Part shown: piece by piece, positions 1-10,216 of the stretch
Layout: each line of letters opens with the position of its first letter
Position numbering within the stretch: the first letter of the stretch is position 1
Assembly (NCBI GenBank): GCA_043811375.1
Contig: JBDRNJ010000068.1
Coordinates: 1 to 64,000 of the forward strand
Length of the DNA: 64,000 nt
Direction of reading: 5' to 3'
Origin: a bacterium
GTDB lineage: Bacteria; Zixibacteria; MSB-5A5; GN15; FEB-12
Translations under genes and position numbers: made by a program
Notes under the pieces: generated by a model
The model's input: the letters and a program-made list of their open reading frames with translations, nothing else
Told to the model about the DNA's origin: nothing
The model's database searches: none

Positions 1-141
1 GATGGCTTTGAGAAACGCTTGATTCACCTGCCAAGAAAACGAAAACAGAAGAAGAACAATGATGACAACAAAGACCCTGAATCAAAAAAAGTGTTACCTA
101 TGTAACCGGTCTAATGTGTATCCTATGTAACCGGTCATACA
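1..141 (+). mobile_element. Right end of an IS481-family-like insertion sequence (3' end of transposase plus terminal repeat)
   Basis: Frame 1 is open from 1 to TAA at 103-105 and ends ...KKVLPM*. It overlaps a tandem duplication CCTATGTAACCGGTC (97-111, 123-137) that ends in ...CATACA at 141. Doubled subterminal repeats ending in ACA are typical of IS481-family ends. Confidence 0.7.
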
Positions 142-144
142 ATG

Positions 145-228
145 TTGTACCCCACCCAACGGGTGGGTTAATCGCGAAATGGATGCCACCTTACCGAATT
201 AAGACCAACCTGACAGGCGGGGTACAAG
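145..228. repeat. REP-like palindromic doublet
   Basis: Internal palindrome ACCCACCC-AAC-GGGTGGGT, and outer inverted ends TTGTACCCACC...GGCGGGGTACAA. Confidence 0.5.
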
Positions 229-342
229 TACACAGCCATCTTGTTGGGTTTCTCATTTCACTCAGTTCCGCTGGGAAACCAACAGTCCTACAATCCCATT
301 TTTTCTTCACCACAATCCTCGTTTCTGGCGTATATTAGATGT

Positions 343-1074
343 ATGATAAGAGGCAGGTTTCAGATAGTATTTCTGATGACGCTGGTGCTGCTGGCGGCGT
401 CGGTCTCGGCACAGCGGACCGGTCCGCGACAACGATCGGTCACCAGCTATAAACTCACCGACGCCACCAATCCCAATCCGTCGGCGCTTAAGATCGCCCG
501 TCTGCACTACTCCGGCGGCGGCGACTGGTACTGGGGTGGCTCGGCATTACCCAACCTGCTGAAGTTCCTTCGCGACAGCACCGATTTCCCGGTCGATACT
601 ATCGAGCGCCAGGTAACTATCATGGACCCGGAACTGTTTCGCTACCCCTTCCTGTTTGCCACCGGTCATGGGGTAATCCGCTTTTCCACGGAAGAAAAAG
701 AGCGGCTTCGCCGCTACCTGGCCGGCGGCGGGTTTTTGTTCGTTAATGATTCCTACGGCATGGACCGCGCTTTCCGCCGTGAAATGACCGATCTGTTCCC
801 GGAGCGGGAAATTGTCGAGGTGCCTTTCGACCATCCCGTCTACCACTGTCTTTACGATTTTCCCAACGGCCCGCCCAAGATCCACGAACACGACAACAAA
901 CCGCCCCGGGGGTACGCCATGATCATCAATGGCCGGGTAGTGCTGTATTTCCTGGTGGAGTCCGATATCGGCGATGGCTGGGAAGACTCCCAGGTGCACA
1001 ACGACCCGCCCGAAAAGCGGCTTGAGGCGCTGAAGATGGGGGTAAACATTTTGACCTACGCCCTGTTATATTAG
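343..1074 (+). CDS. DUF4159 domain-containing exported protein
   Basis: Motifs YSGGGDWY, YPFLFATGHG, PKIHEHD, DIGDGWED and MGVNI. The signal peptide starts at ATG 343, so the track start at 241 is probably too long. Confidence 0.85.
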   Translation: MIRGRFQIVFLMTLVLLAASVSAQRTGPRQRSVTSYKLTDATNPNPSALKIARLHYSGGGDWYWGGSALPNLLKFLRDSTDFPVDTIERQVTIMDPELFRYPFLFATGHGVIRFSTEEKERLRRYLAGGGFLFVNDSYGMDRAFRREMTDLFPEREIVEVPFDHPVYHCLYDFPNGPPKIHEHDNKPPRGYAMIINGRVVLYFLVESDIGDGWEDSQVHNDPPEKRLEALKMGVNILTYALLY

Positions 1075-1144
1075 TATAAATGGTAATGGTACCTGCCCCA
1101 ATTTTCTGCGGCAGCCGATATAGAATTGAAGAGACCGGCGAGAA

Positions 1145-4100
1145 TTGTCGGCAATCGAAAATGAAATTATGACTGCCATTAAATCCAGTGCGGACCTGTA
1201 TCGTCACCTGAAGAAGGTGTTGTTCAAACAGCGCGCGGTTATGTTTACCGCCGGGCTGCTGACGACGGTGGCGGTGCTGGTGTTGACGATACTGATACTG
1301 ACGCTGGTGGCCGCCGTGATGATAGTTCCCGTCTGGCTGAAACTATCATTACTGGTTCTGGCGACGGCACTGACACTGGTTCTGCTGGCCAGACTGGCTG
1401 TCGGTCGCATGTTTTTCGGCAGTGTCGAAACTGTCGCGGTGCGACTGGAGACAAAATACCCCGATCTTAAGGGTCGCCTGATTGCCGCCATCCAGTTTGC
1501 CCGGATGAAAAAGACACCGGGTTTTTCTGCGGAACTGATGGCTTTGACCGAGCAGCAGGCACTAAGGCAAGCCACCCTGGTCAATTTCAACCAGGTGCTG
1601 AGCTTTTACCCGCTGTTGCGCAACGGGCGGCTGTTTATTTTGTCGGCAGCGCTGGCGGTGGTTATGGTGTTGGCACTGCCGGGTCTGTTTAATCATTCAT
1701 TTGAAGTCTATTCGCACCCCACCCTGGAGATTGCCCCGCCGCTGGGATACAGGGTGGTGCCTTTCCCCGAATCGACGGAATGGGTCAAGTACCGTGATAT
1801 CCGGATCGGCGCCGCTATAATCGGCGACGGCCTCCCCGATAAAGCCGTCATCCACTACCGCCTGGCCGGCGGTAACTGGCAGCGAAACGATATTGATCTG
1901 CGCCAGCAGAAACTTTTCCCGACTCCCGGTGGTGATTCCGTTGTGGCTGCCACCACCCTGCGCCAGGTGGCCCGGTCGTTTGACTATTACGTGGAAGCGG
2001 GACGGATTAAAAGTGACCCGCAGAAGATCGATGTTGTCGACCGACCCCGGGTAACCGGTATCAAACTGTCGATTTTCTATCCCGACTACACGGAACTGCC
2101 ACCGACCGTTATCGACGAAAACAACGGCTCCTTCTCGGCGCTGGTCGGCAGCCGTGTAAATATGAGGGTAACCACCAATCTCCCCGTTGAACAAGCAAAC
2201 CTGATTTACACCGACAGCAGCGTCCGGGAGTTGAAGATCGAAGACAAATGGGCATCGTCCAGCCTGTTGATAGAGAAATCGCAGACATACTTCGTGCGGC
2301 TGGTGGACCACCTGGGCGAAAGGAACCCCGATCCCATCGAGTATTACATCACCGCCGTACCGGATGAGTATCCCTCAGTCGATGTTCTGCGACCGGGATT
2401 TGATGTTAACCTCAATGACGACATGCAACTGCCGCTGAAAGTACGGATTTTTGACGATTTCGGGTTCTCATCGCTGATGCTGAAGTACCAGTTGGTATCG
2501 CACGGGCAGCCATCCGAGGAGCATGTGGCGGTGCTGCATTTCTCAGAACGCATTAAGACCGAAGGTGAAGTAGAGTTCAACTGGGATATGGATCGACTCA
2601 ACCTGTATCCTGGGGACTTTGTTGTTTACTACTTCGAAGTTGCCGACAACGACCGTCTTTCGGGACCTAAGCTGAGTCGCTCTCGCCAGTATGTGGCGCG
2701 ATTGCCTTCGCTGGACGAAATGATTGCGGAAACCGAGGCGGAAAGCTCTGAAAGAGTCTCGCGCACCGAGCAGCTTTACCAACAGGGCAAAGAACTCACA
2801 CAACGGCTAAAGAATACCGCTCGCAAGATCAAAGCCCAGAGCAAACAGACACGTAACACCGACTGGCAACAGCAGAAAGAACTGGAGGCGATCGTCGAGG
2901 ACAACTCCAGGCTGGTTGATAAGATAGAGGACATGGCCCGGCAGATGGAGCAGTCGGTCGACAAACTTCAGCAGACTTCCATGATGAGCCGCGAGGTCAT
3001 GGAAAAACTGGCGCAGATTCAGAAGCTCTACGAGGAAGTGGCCACTCCTGAAATGAGAGAAGCCCAGCGCCGTCTGATGGAAGCCCTGCAGAAAATGGAT
3101 CGAGCCCAGGTTGAGAAAGCCATGCAGGAGTTTAAGATGTCCCAGGAGGAATTGCTTGAGCGGCTGGAGCGGACGCTGGCTCTGCTGAAACGGATGCAGG
3201 TCCAGCAGAAGATGGAGGCCATGCTGCGCCAGGCGGAACAGCTTCTGCAGCAGCAGCAGGAAATGAACGATAAGTCACAGGCCGCGTCGACCGAACAGTT
3301 ACCGCCTATGGCTGATACCGAAAAGCAACTTCAATCGGCTCTTAAGGACCTCAAGACGCAAACTCAGGAGTTGTCTGATCTCGCTCACCAGGCCGAAATG
3401 GACGACGCCACCGAAGTAAAGAAATTCAACGAAGCCGTTGAAAAAAGCGATGCCGACCAGAACATGGAGAAGATGTCGCAGGCACTGGCACAGCAAAAGA
3501 AAGAGCAGGCCGGTCGCGAGGGCAAGGTAGCACAGGCTAAGTTATCGGAGATGGTTGACCAGATGCAGCAGGAGTTGCTAGCCCTGAAGGGCGGCGACCA
3601 AGAAGAAATCCGCCGGGCGATGCGGATGGCTATCGACGACGCCAACTACCTTTCGCAGCGTCAGGAAGAGCTTTTGAAGCAGGCGGCCATGGTCGACCCG
3701 CGTTCCATCGTCCTGCGCGACCTGGCTTCATCGCAGCAGGACCTGGCCTCTTCCTGCCAGGGACTGAAAAACAGAATCTCACAACTGGGCAAGGAATCGC
3801 CATTTGTGGCTGCCGAACTGCAGAAACTGGTGCAGAACGCGATTTCGAACATGCAGCAGGCCACCGACGGTTTTGACTGCAAGCAGGGGGGGGCAGCTAT
3901 GCGCCAGCAACACGATGCCATGGTCGATCTCAACCGGGCCGCCATACGCATGATGGAATCGCTGGACCAGCAGAAGGAGTGTGATAAGGGCGGCAAGTGT
4001 GACAAGAACATGTCGAAACTACAGTCGATGTGTAACAAGCAGAACCAGATTAACCAGCAAACCAAAGAGTGCAACAAAGGCGGCCAGTGTAACAAACCGG

Positions 4101-4606
4101 GCAACAAGCCCGGTGACGACGGTCGCCAGGGATCGGGCGGGTTCGAGCGGCTGGCAGCCGAACAGGGAGCAGTCCGGAAATCGCTTCAGCAACTCGCTGA
4201 CGAGTTCAACAACTCGCGTCAGATTCTGGGACGTCTGGATGACATAGGCCGGGAGATGAAACTGGTCGAGGAAGACCTGGCTGACGGTGAGGTCGGCCAG
4301 GAAACGATCCAGAGGCAACTGAAGATTTACTCGCGGATGTTACAGGCTACCCGGTCACTGCAGAGAAAAGATTATTCCGAACAGCGTCGCGCCAAAACCG
4401 CCGAGGAACAGTTGTACCACCTGCCGTCGCCACTGCCGGCCAGTCTTCTTGATGACCACATTAATCTGGAGGATCGGTTGCGGCACTTCCTGGGTGAGAA
4501 CTATCCGCCGCAATACGAGCAACAGATCAAAGCCTATTTCAAGGCTCTGTTGCAGTTTCAGTCGATACCCGGTCAAAGCGACCAGTCACGGGAATTAACA
4601 CCCTGA
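1145..4606 (+). CDS. DUF4175-like membrane protein (3 N-terminal TMs, Ig-like region, long Gln-rich coiled coil)
   Basis: Motifs D..P.V...PG.D, DDFG, Y.EV.DND...GPK and C-terminal PPQYEQQIKAYF. Context next to DUF4159 fits. Alternative start ATG 1169. Confidence 0.75.
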   Translation: MSAIENEIMTAIKSSADLYRHLKKVLFKQRAVMFTAGLLTTVAVLVLTILILTLVAAVMIVPVWLKLSLLVLATALTLVLLARLAVGRMFFGSVETVAVRLETKYPDLKGRLIAAIQFARMKKTPGFSAELMALTEQQALRQATLVNFNQVLSFYPLLRNGRLFILSAALAVVMVLALPGLFNHSFEVYSHPTLEIAPPLGYRVVPFPESTEWVKYRDIRIGAAIIGDGLPDKAVIHYRLAGGNWQRNDIDLRQQKLFPTPGGDSVVAATTLRQVARSFDYYVEAGRIKSDPQKIDVVDRPRVTGIKLSIFYPDYTELPPTVIDENNGSFSALVGSRVNMRVTTNLPVEQANLIYTDSSVRELKIEDKWASSSLLIEKSQTYFVRLVDHLGERNPDPIEYYITAVPDEYPSVDVLRPGFDVNLNDDMQLPLKVRIFDDFGFSSLMLKYQLVSHGQPSEEHVAVLHFSERIKTEGEVEFNWDMDRLNLYPGDFVVYYFEVADNDRLSGPKLSRSRQYVARLPSLDEMIAETEAESSERVSRTEQLYQQGKELTQRLKNTARKIKAQSKQTRNTDWQQQKELEAIVEDNSRLVDKIEDMARQMEQSVDKLQQTSMMSREVMEKLAQIQKLYEEVATPEMREAQRRLMEALQKMDRAQVEKAMQEFKMSQEELLERLERTLALLKRMQVQQKMEAMLRQAEQLLQQQQEMNDKSQAASTEQLPPMADTEKQLQSALKDLKTQTQELSDLAHQAEMDDATEVKKFNEAVEKSDADQNMEKMSQALAQQKKEQAGREGKVAQAKLSEMVDQMQQELLALKGGDQEEIRRAMRMAIDDANYLSQRQEELLKQAAMVDPRSIVLRDLASSQQDLASSCQGLKNRISQLGKESPFVAAELQKLVQNAISNMQQATDGFDCKQGGAAMRQQHDAMVDLNRAAIRMMESLDQQKECDKGGKCDKNMSKLQSMCNKQNQINQQTKECNKGGQCNKPGNKPGDDGRQGSGGFERLAAEQGAVRKSLQQLADEFNNSRQILGRLDDIGREMKLVEEDLADGEVGQETIQRQLKIYSRMLQATRSLQRKDYSEQRRAKTAEEQLYHLPSPLPASLLDDHINLEDRLRHFLGENYPPQYEQQIKAYFKALLQFQSIPGQSDQSRELTP

Positions 4607-6444
4607 TGAGAATCCCGATTGTATTGCTTATTGCCGGTGGTTTGCTGGCGGTAACAACGCCCGTTACGAACGCTGAAGAAACCCCCAAAGTGCGCATCAT
4701 TGAGTCCAAAATCGCACCGCACTTTGTCGACTCTGAGACCGAGCCCAAAATTCGTCTGGCACAAAAGTTGATTCAGGCCAGAGGCTTCGATGCGGCGGCT
4801 GCCCTGCTGGAAGAAGTCTACGAGCAGCACCCGGGCAGCGCCCGGGTTACCAACCTGCTGTTGACTTGCTACATACATCTCGGACAACTGCCCCGAGCCG
4901 AGGACCTCTGCCATCGTATGATAGACCAGGATCCGCTCAGTTGCGTCCACTGGCTTCGTCTGGCTGAAATGCTGGTCAAGCAGGCTCGACCCGACGAAGC
5001 AGTGGCGGCCTACGATTCGGCTGTCGCCCTGATCGAAAACAATGACAGACCGCGCTACCAAACCGCTCTTCGGAGCATGATAACTAACGGCTTCGAAGAG
5101 AAGGCACTTGACCTTATTGATACCGCCCGTATCAGGATGAACGAGCCATTCTTGTTCGCCCTCGAGCGCGGTGAAATTCTGGAGAACCGGAGCGACTTCC
5201 AACTGGCCGCCATGGAGTTCATCGCCTGCTTACAGGATTCCGGCCGCATCGCCAACGACGCCGAGAAGAGGCTGCTGGCACTGCTGAGCTACCCGTCGGC
5301 CTCAGCCGAGGTTGAACAATCCCTACTTCAGCGCATCGGGGATCGTATCAATCCCCGGGCAGCCGGTATACTTTCGGCGCACTATTTGAAAGCGGGGCAG
5401 TATGACCGCGCCTTCGATTTCGCCATTGCGCAGGATTCCCAGGAAAACGGCCGGGGTGTGCCAATACTGAATTATATACGCCGTTGCCACGAACAGCGGT
5501 TGTACCGGCAGGTGATACGCATGGCCGAGTATATACTGGGTTCCAGTCAGGATCTCCCATTGAGAGAACAAGCCTATTATATGCTGGGCGACGCACTGAT
5601 ACAAACCGGTCATCCGGACCAGGCCATCTCAATCTATGACTCACTTTTTGCCGGAGGTTTGAGACCCCGGGAAAAGGCCGAAGCTCTGTATCATATCGGT
5701 GCCATCTATCTCAACCATCTTCAGGACTACCAGCGCGCCCTGATTTTTTTCGATTCGATCGCAACTCACTATCCGGCCGGCACGGGCGGCCTTAACGCCC
5801 TCCTTGCCCAGCCGTACTGCTACCTGCGTCAGGGTCTCCTCAACGAGGCCCGCAGCCGGTTTACCGACCTTCTGAAGCGCCAGTTGCCCGAAAACTCCCT
5901 CGAAGCGGTCGAGTACAACCTGGCCTTGATTCTCTTTTTTCAGCAGCAATTCGATTCCAGCAAAACAGCTATGCGCAAACTGATGGTCGAGTACCCACGG
6001 GGCTATTACGTCAACGACGCCCTGCAGATTCTCGTGCTGCTGCAGCAATCCGAGGACGCTCCCGGCCTGCTGCCGATGATTTCCAAAGCTATCCTTTTTC
6101 AGGAGATGAGCCGACCGGATTCCAGCGTTGCCGTTCTGCTGGCCGTTGCGGAGGACTCCAACCGTACTCTGGCCGACGTGGCCCTCTTCAAGCTGGCCGG
6201 TTTGAGCCTTGACCAGTCTGATTCCGTGGCGGCAATCGGATTTGTCGACCGACTGAACGACGAGTTCCCCCTATCATACTACCTCCCCTACGGATTGAAA
6301 ATCAAGGCGGATATTTTCTTGAACCGGCCGGAGGATGTGCCGTCGGCGCGATCGATATATCGGCGCCTGCTTCAGGATTTCCCCGATTACCCGTTCATTT
6401 CTGATGTTCGCAAGACTATGCGCCGATTGGAAGGGGATGCATAA
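4606..6444 (+). CDS. Exported tetratricopeptide-repeat protein
   Basis: Signal peptide and multiple TPR-like helical hairpins (AYYMLGDAL, ALYHIGAIY, ..YP.. ends). Overlaps the upstream stop (TGATG). Confidence 0.85.
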   Translation: MRIPIVLLIAGGLLAVTTPVTNAEETPKVRIIESKIAPHFVDSETEPKIRLAQKLIQARGFDAAAALLEEVYEQHPGSARVTNLLLTCYIHLGQLPRAEDLCHRMIDQDPLSCVHWLRLAEMLVKQARPDEAVAAYDSAVALIENNDRPRYQTALRSMITNGFEEKALDLIDTARIRMNEPFLFALERGEILENRSDFQLAAMEFIACLQDSGRIANDAEKRLLALLSYPSASAEVEQSLLQRIGDRINPRAAGILSAHYLKAGQYDRAFDFAIAQDSQENGRGVPILNYIRRCHEQRLYRQVIRMAEYILGSSQDLPLREQAYYMLGDALIQTGHPDQAISIYDSLFAGGLRPREKAEALYHIGAIYLNHLQDYQRALIFFDSIATHYPAGTGGLNALLAQPYCYLRQGLLNEARSRFTDLLKRQLPENSLEAVEYNLALILFFQQQFDSSKTAMRKLMVEYPRGYYVNDALQILVLLQQSEDAPGLLPMISKAILFQEMSRPDSSVAVLLAVAEDSNRTLADVALFKLAGLSLDQSDSVAAIGFVDRLNDEFPLSYYLPYGLKIKADIFLNRPEDVPSARSIYRRLLQDFPDYPFISDVRKTMRRLEGDA

Positions 6445-6569
6445 GAAACGGACCCGTCCGATCCGGGGGTGTGACAGGCAGTTTGATAGCCCGGGTGGCT
6501 GGTTCTGCAGCCTGCCGAGTCAGGAATTGTGGTCGTTGACAGCCGGGGATCTCCGTCGGTTGATTCGAC

Positions 6570-6818
6570 TTACGGAACTTCCAGCTTCTTCCTGCCTTCC
6601 CTGAGAGTCCTGACCTGCTGTTCGAGATTGATAATCCGGCTTTCATATTGCTCGATTTTCCTGGACCGTATCTTGGTGGTTGTTCTCACCAGCAAAGCCA
6701 GGGAAATGAGCATAAACAGAACCGAGTTTATCTGCCGGAAGATTTCTCCCATGTTAAACAGGGAGTCCAAAAAAGCCATGATACCCAAAAGCACCAGAAT
6801 ACTGCACCAAACATACAT
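6570..6818 (-). CDS. Small membrane protein (2 TM + coiled coil), hypothetical
   Basis: AGGAGG RBS, two hydrophobic segments and a charged heptad tail. Confidence 0.7.
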   Translation of the reverse strand: MYVWCSILVLLGIMAFLDSLFNMGEIFRQINSVLFMLISLALLVRTTTKIRSRKIEQYESRIINLEQQVRTLREGRKKLEVP

Positions 6819-6974
6819 TTTTTCCTCCTGCCGATTTGAAACGGAAGGTGCCCGGTCGGGTAAAATTATAGGTTGTGATTGACCCGACCGATATTATATT
6901 TTGATCCTTGCTCTCCGAAGCCTGTTGTCATTTATGAGTATCGGAGCAGCCGACTGTTGCTTTAGGAGGAAAAC

Positions 6975-9743
6975 TTGTCGGTACAGATCCCGTCCGTTAA
7001 AGAACCGTTTGACAGAACCAACGCCATACTGGCCGCGCTGGTGTTCGGCGTATCTTTTGTGTTCTATGCTCTCACCGTACAACACTCACTGTCGTTTTGG
7101 GATTGCGGCGAATTCATAGCCTGTTCCTATTCACTGGCTATCCCGCACCCGCCGGGAACACCATTGTTTGTGGTGCTGGGGAGATTGTTTTCGATAATCC
7201 CGTTTGTCGAGGACATCTCTTACCGCATCAACTACATGTCGGTCATCTCCTCGGCTTTTACGGCGATGTTCAGTTATCTGCTGACGGTGAAAATAGCCCG
7301 CTATTTTGTCGACCGCTTCAACGACAACTGGCTCAACCGATACATTGTTTATCTGGGTGGGCTGGCCGGCGGCTTTTTTGTCGCCTTTGGCCGCACCAAC
7401 TGGTCCAATTCGGTGGAAGCCGAGGTATACGGACTGGCGCTGGCCCTGTCGGTTATGATTATCTGGCTGACGCTGCGTTTCTTTGAACAGCGGGGCACCC
7501 CGACGGCCGCCAAGTTCATGATTGTTGTTTTCTACCTGGCCATGCTCGGTATCGGCATTCACATGACCGTTTTCCTGGTAGTGCCCATCTGTTCGCTTTT
7601 TTTCATTCTCAAGAAGGATGCCTCGATACGAGACTGGGTAATCCTGTGCGGCTTCATCATCCTGGAACTGTTGATGATAATCCTGTTCGCCGACGGTCGG
7701 GGAGGCCACAGCATGTTCTATCTCATATCCGTGGTGGCGGCCGGTGTCATGCTCATTCTCCTGTACCGCAAGATCAACTGGGCCATCATGGTGGCAATTG
7801 TGGGGGTGTGCACGATCATGCTCTCATTCAGCCAGTATATGATAGCCACACCAATCGTGTTGGCCGTGCTGATTATCCTGGCGATACTCTCAGAAAAATT
7901 CGGCTGGCGACTGCAATGGAAGACGGCTCTGGTGATAGTAGTTATGGGTTTCATCGGCGTGTCGGTCCACCTGTACATACCGATCCGTTCTTCTCTCAAC
8001 CCGAGAATTGACGAGAACAATCCCTCGCGCGACGTACGCACCTTCATTAATTACCTTGACCGCAAACAGTACGGTCAGACATCGATGATTGATCGCATGT
8101 TTCAACGTCGTGGAACCTGGGAGAACCAGTTTGGTCGCCATGCCAATATGGGATTCTGGTCATACTTCGAGGAACAGTATTCCCCGGGCGGCGCCGTCTT
8201 TGTCTTCGGGTTCTTCGCCCTGGGCATCATCGGCTTGATTACCACCATCAGGAAACGACCCAGGATCGGACTGCCTCTGCTGACGTTATTACTATTATGC
8301 TCGATGGGCCTCGTGTTGTACATGAATTTCGCCGACGGCACCAAGTACAATCCTCGAACCGGCGACGCCTACCTGGAAGTCCGCAACCGTGACTACTTTT
8401 TCACTCCCACGTTTGTCTTTTTCGGTATTGCCATGGGGCTGGGCGTGTCGGCGGTGATGCTTTTTGCGAAGAACCGGCTGTCCGGTAAAGGCACGCAGAA
8501 AACCGCCGTGCTGGTGACATCGGTCCTGGCGGCGCTGCCGGTGGTCAGTATTGCTCACAACTATCACTGCTGCGACCGTTCCCAGAATGTCATTCCCTAC
8601 AACTACGGCGCCAATATTCTCGATACCTGCGAATCGAATGCCATCCTGTTCACCTCCGGTGACAACGACACCTTCCCTTTGTGGTGTCTGCAGGAAGTGT
8701 ACAACTACCGGCTCGACGTGCGGGTGGTCAACCTGTCGTTGCTGAATACCGACTGGTATGTGGCCCAGATGAAGAACCGCTTCGGAGTGCCCATATCACT
8801 CACCGACGAACAAATTCTGTGGTACCCGACCGAGATCCAGCCGGGACAGTTCATCTCCCGCCCCAAAAAGATGTTTGCCGACCGTCCCCGCGGTCGCATG
8901 TCCTACCTGCATCCCACACCCTTTGGCGGCCGCCTCACCAAAGTAGCTGAAATGATGATGGACGAGATCGTCCTGGAAAACAAGTGGCGGGACCCCATTT
9001 ATTTCAGTTCCATGCCTTACGCCGAGTCACCCCTGAAACTGCGCGAGCGGACCACCTCGGTGGGTCTGCTCTACAAACTGGAACGCGAACCGGGGGAAAG
9101 TCTGATCGATACCGAGAAAAGTTATGACCTGTTTATGAACACATACAAATTCGCCGGTTATGAGAACTCGGAAGTCTATCGAGACGGCAATGCTACCGGT
9201 GTTTTCATCAGTGTGGGCATCAACGGCATTCGTATCTTTGATGAACTGAAGCGTTCCGGGCAGACGGAAAAGGCCAAAGCTCTCGCGAAAAAGTTGATCT
9301 CGATCTACCCGGAATACTGGCAGACGTACCTGTTGCTGGGCGACCTGTATGACAAAGAGGCCGACAGTGCCGCCGCATTGCAGTTGCTGCATCAGATGCA
9401 TGACACTCTGCTGGCCTTTGCCGAGTCAAACCCGGAGAATCTTTTTTACCAGCAGGATCTCGGTATGGCCAAAGTGGAGTTGGGCAGGCGCCTTCAAGAC
9501 CAGGCCATGGTTGACAAAGGCATCAATCTTTCCTGGCAGGCGTTCGAGAGCAACCCCAGTCACAACTATTCATTCCGCAAGCTCTTCAGCCTGTTGTCGC
9601 AACAGCGCCGCTATAGCGACATTCAGCGGGCCGCGAATCTGTATGCTTCATACGGCATCAACATGAATGATCCCCTGCTGAAATCGATTCTCGGCCTTAA
9701 CCAGCAGCAGTCGGCTCCGCCGCCCGGCAGCGGTCAACCATAG
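6975..9743 (+). CDS. DUF2723 / TMEM260-like GT-C glycosyltransferase (GT117-like) with TPR-like C-terminus
   Basis: Motifs SFWDCGEF, HPPGTP, EAEVY, R.QY, R.RDYFF, GDNDTFPLW and NLSLLNT.WY. Many TMs; AGGAG RBS before a TTG start. Confidence 0.9.
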   Translation: MSVQIPSVKEPFDRTNAILAALVFGVSFVFYALTVQHSLSFWDCGEFIACSYSLAIPHPPGTPLFVVLGRLFSIIPFVEDISYRINYMSVISSAFTAMFSYLLTVKIARYFVDRFNDNWLNRYIVYLGGLAGGFFVAFGRTNWSNSVEAEVYGLALALSVMIIWLTLRFFEQRGTPTAAKFMIVVFYLAMLGIGIHMTVFLVVPICSLFFILKKDASIRDWVILCGFIILELLMIILFADGRGGHSMFYLISVVAAGVMLILLYRKINWAIMVAIVGVCTIMLSFSQYMIATPIVLAVLIILAILSEKFGWRLQWKTALVIVVMGFIGVSVHLYIPIRSSLNPRIDENNPSRDVRTFINYLDRKQYGQTSMIDRMFQRRGTWENQFGRHANMGFWSYFEEQYSPGGAVFVFGFFALGIIGLITTIRKRPRIGLPLLTLLLLCSMGLVLYMNFADGTKYNPRTGDAYLEVRNRDYFFTPTFVFFGIAMGLGVSAVMLFAKNRLSGKGTQKTAVLVTSVLAALPVVSIAHNYHCCDRSQNVIPYNYGANILDTCESNAILFTSGDNDTFPLWCLQEVYNYRLDVRVVNLSLLNTDWYVAQMKNRFGVPISLTDEQILWYPTEIQPGQFISRPKKMFADRPRGRMSYLHPTPFGGRLTKVAEMMMDEIVLENKWRDPIYFSSMPYAESPLKLRERTTSVGLLYKLEREPGESLIDTEKSYDLFMNTYKFAGYENSEVYRDGNATGVFISVGINGIRIFDELKRSGQTEKAKALAKKLISIYPEYWQTYLLLGDLYDKEADSAAALQLLHQMHDTLLAFAESNPENLFYQQDLGMAKVELGRRLQDQAMVDKGINLSWQAFESNPSHNYSFRKLFSLLSQQRRYSDIQRAANLYASYGINMNDPLLKSILGLNQQQSAPPPGSGQP

Positions 9744-10133
9744 ATCAACACCTGCCGCTCTGCCCGGCCCCGGTCGTGAATTAACCCGGTAAATGGTTTT
9801 GCCTGGACATTCCGGCACCGGGCAGTTTCCTTGCGGCCACGCCCGACAATCGCTACACATTCAGTCCGGCAGTCCGTCTGGCTCATCTGCCGGCGGCAAT
9901 CCTACTGTTGTTACTGACCGCCACCGGTACCCGCCTGGATTGGTATGCTCAGACCCGGGTAAGTTCCGGGACTGGCTACCGGATGGAGCCTTGCTCCACG
10001 AACCCAACGCTTATCTCTTGTTACAGTAAAACAGATGATCTCCCTGCAGTATTCCAGGAGCCGGCGTTACCTGATAGTAAAGACGGCATTCGACGCTTAG
10101 CGCGCTGACAACCATATCAATAAATGAGAAAAT

Positions 10134-10166
10134 AAAAAAAGGAGACCGGCCGGAGGCTAGTCCCCT
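10134..10166 (-). terminator. Intrinsic terminator of the RRM gene
   Basis: On the minus strand AAGGGGACTAGCC-TCC-GGCCGGTCTCC followed by a T-run. Confidence 0.65.
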
Positions 10167-10216
10167 TCAGAAATCAAACCCGCGTCAGAGTTGCCACGGG
10201 TCTCATAATGTCGCTG

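Noticed and set aside
142..146. ATGTT after the IS end equals the MITE TSD
   Set aside because: A 5-bp match is plausible by chance, and the two elements have different terminal repeats.
9744..10130. Small ORFs or ncRNA in the gap after DUF2723
   Set aside because: No RBS, motif or recognisable RNA family by eye; an Rfam/Infernal scan would be needed.
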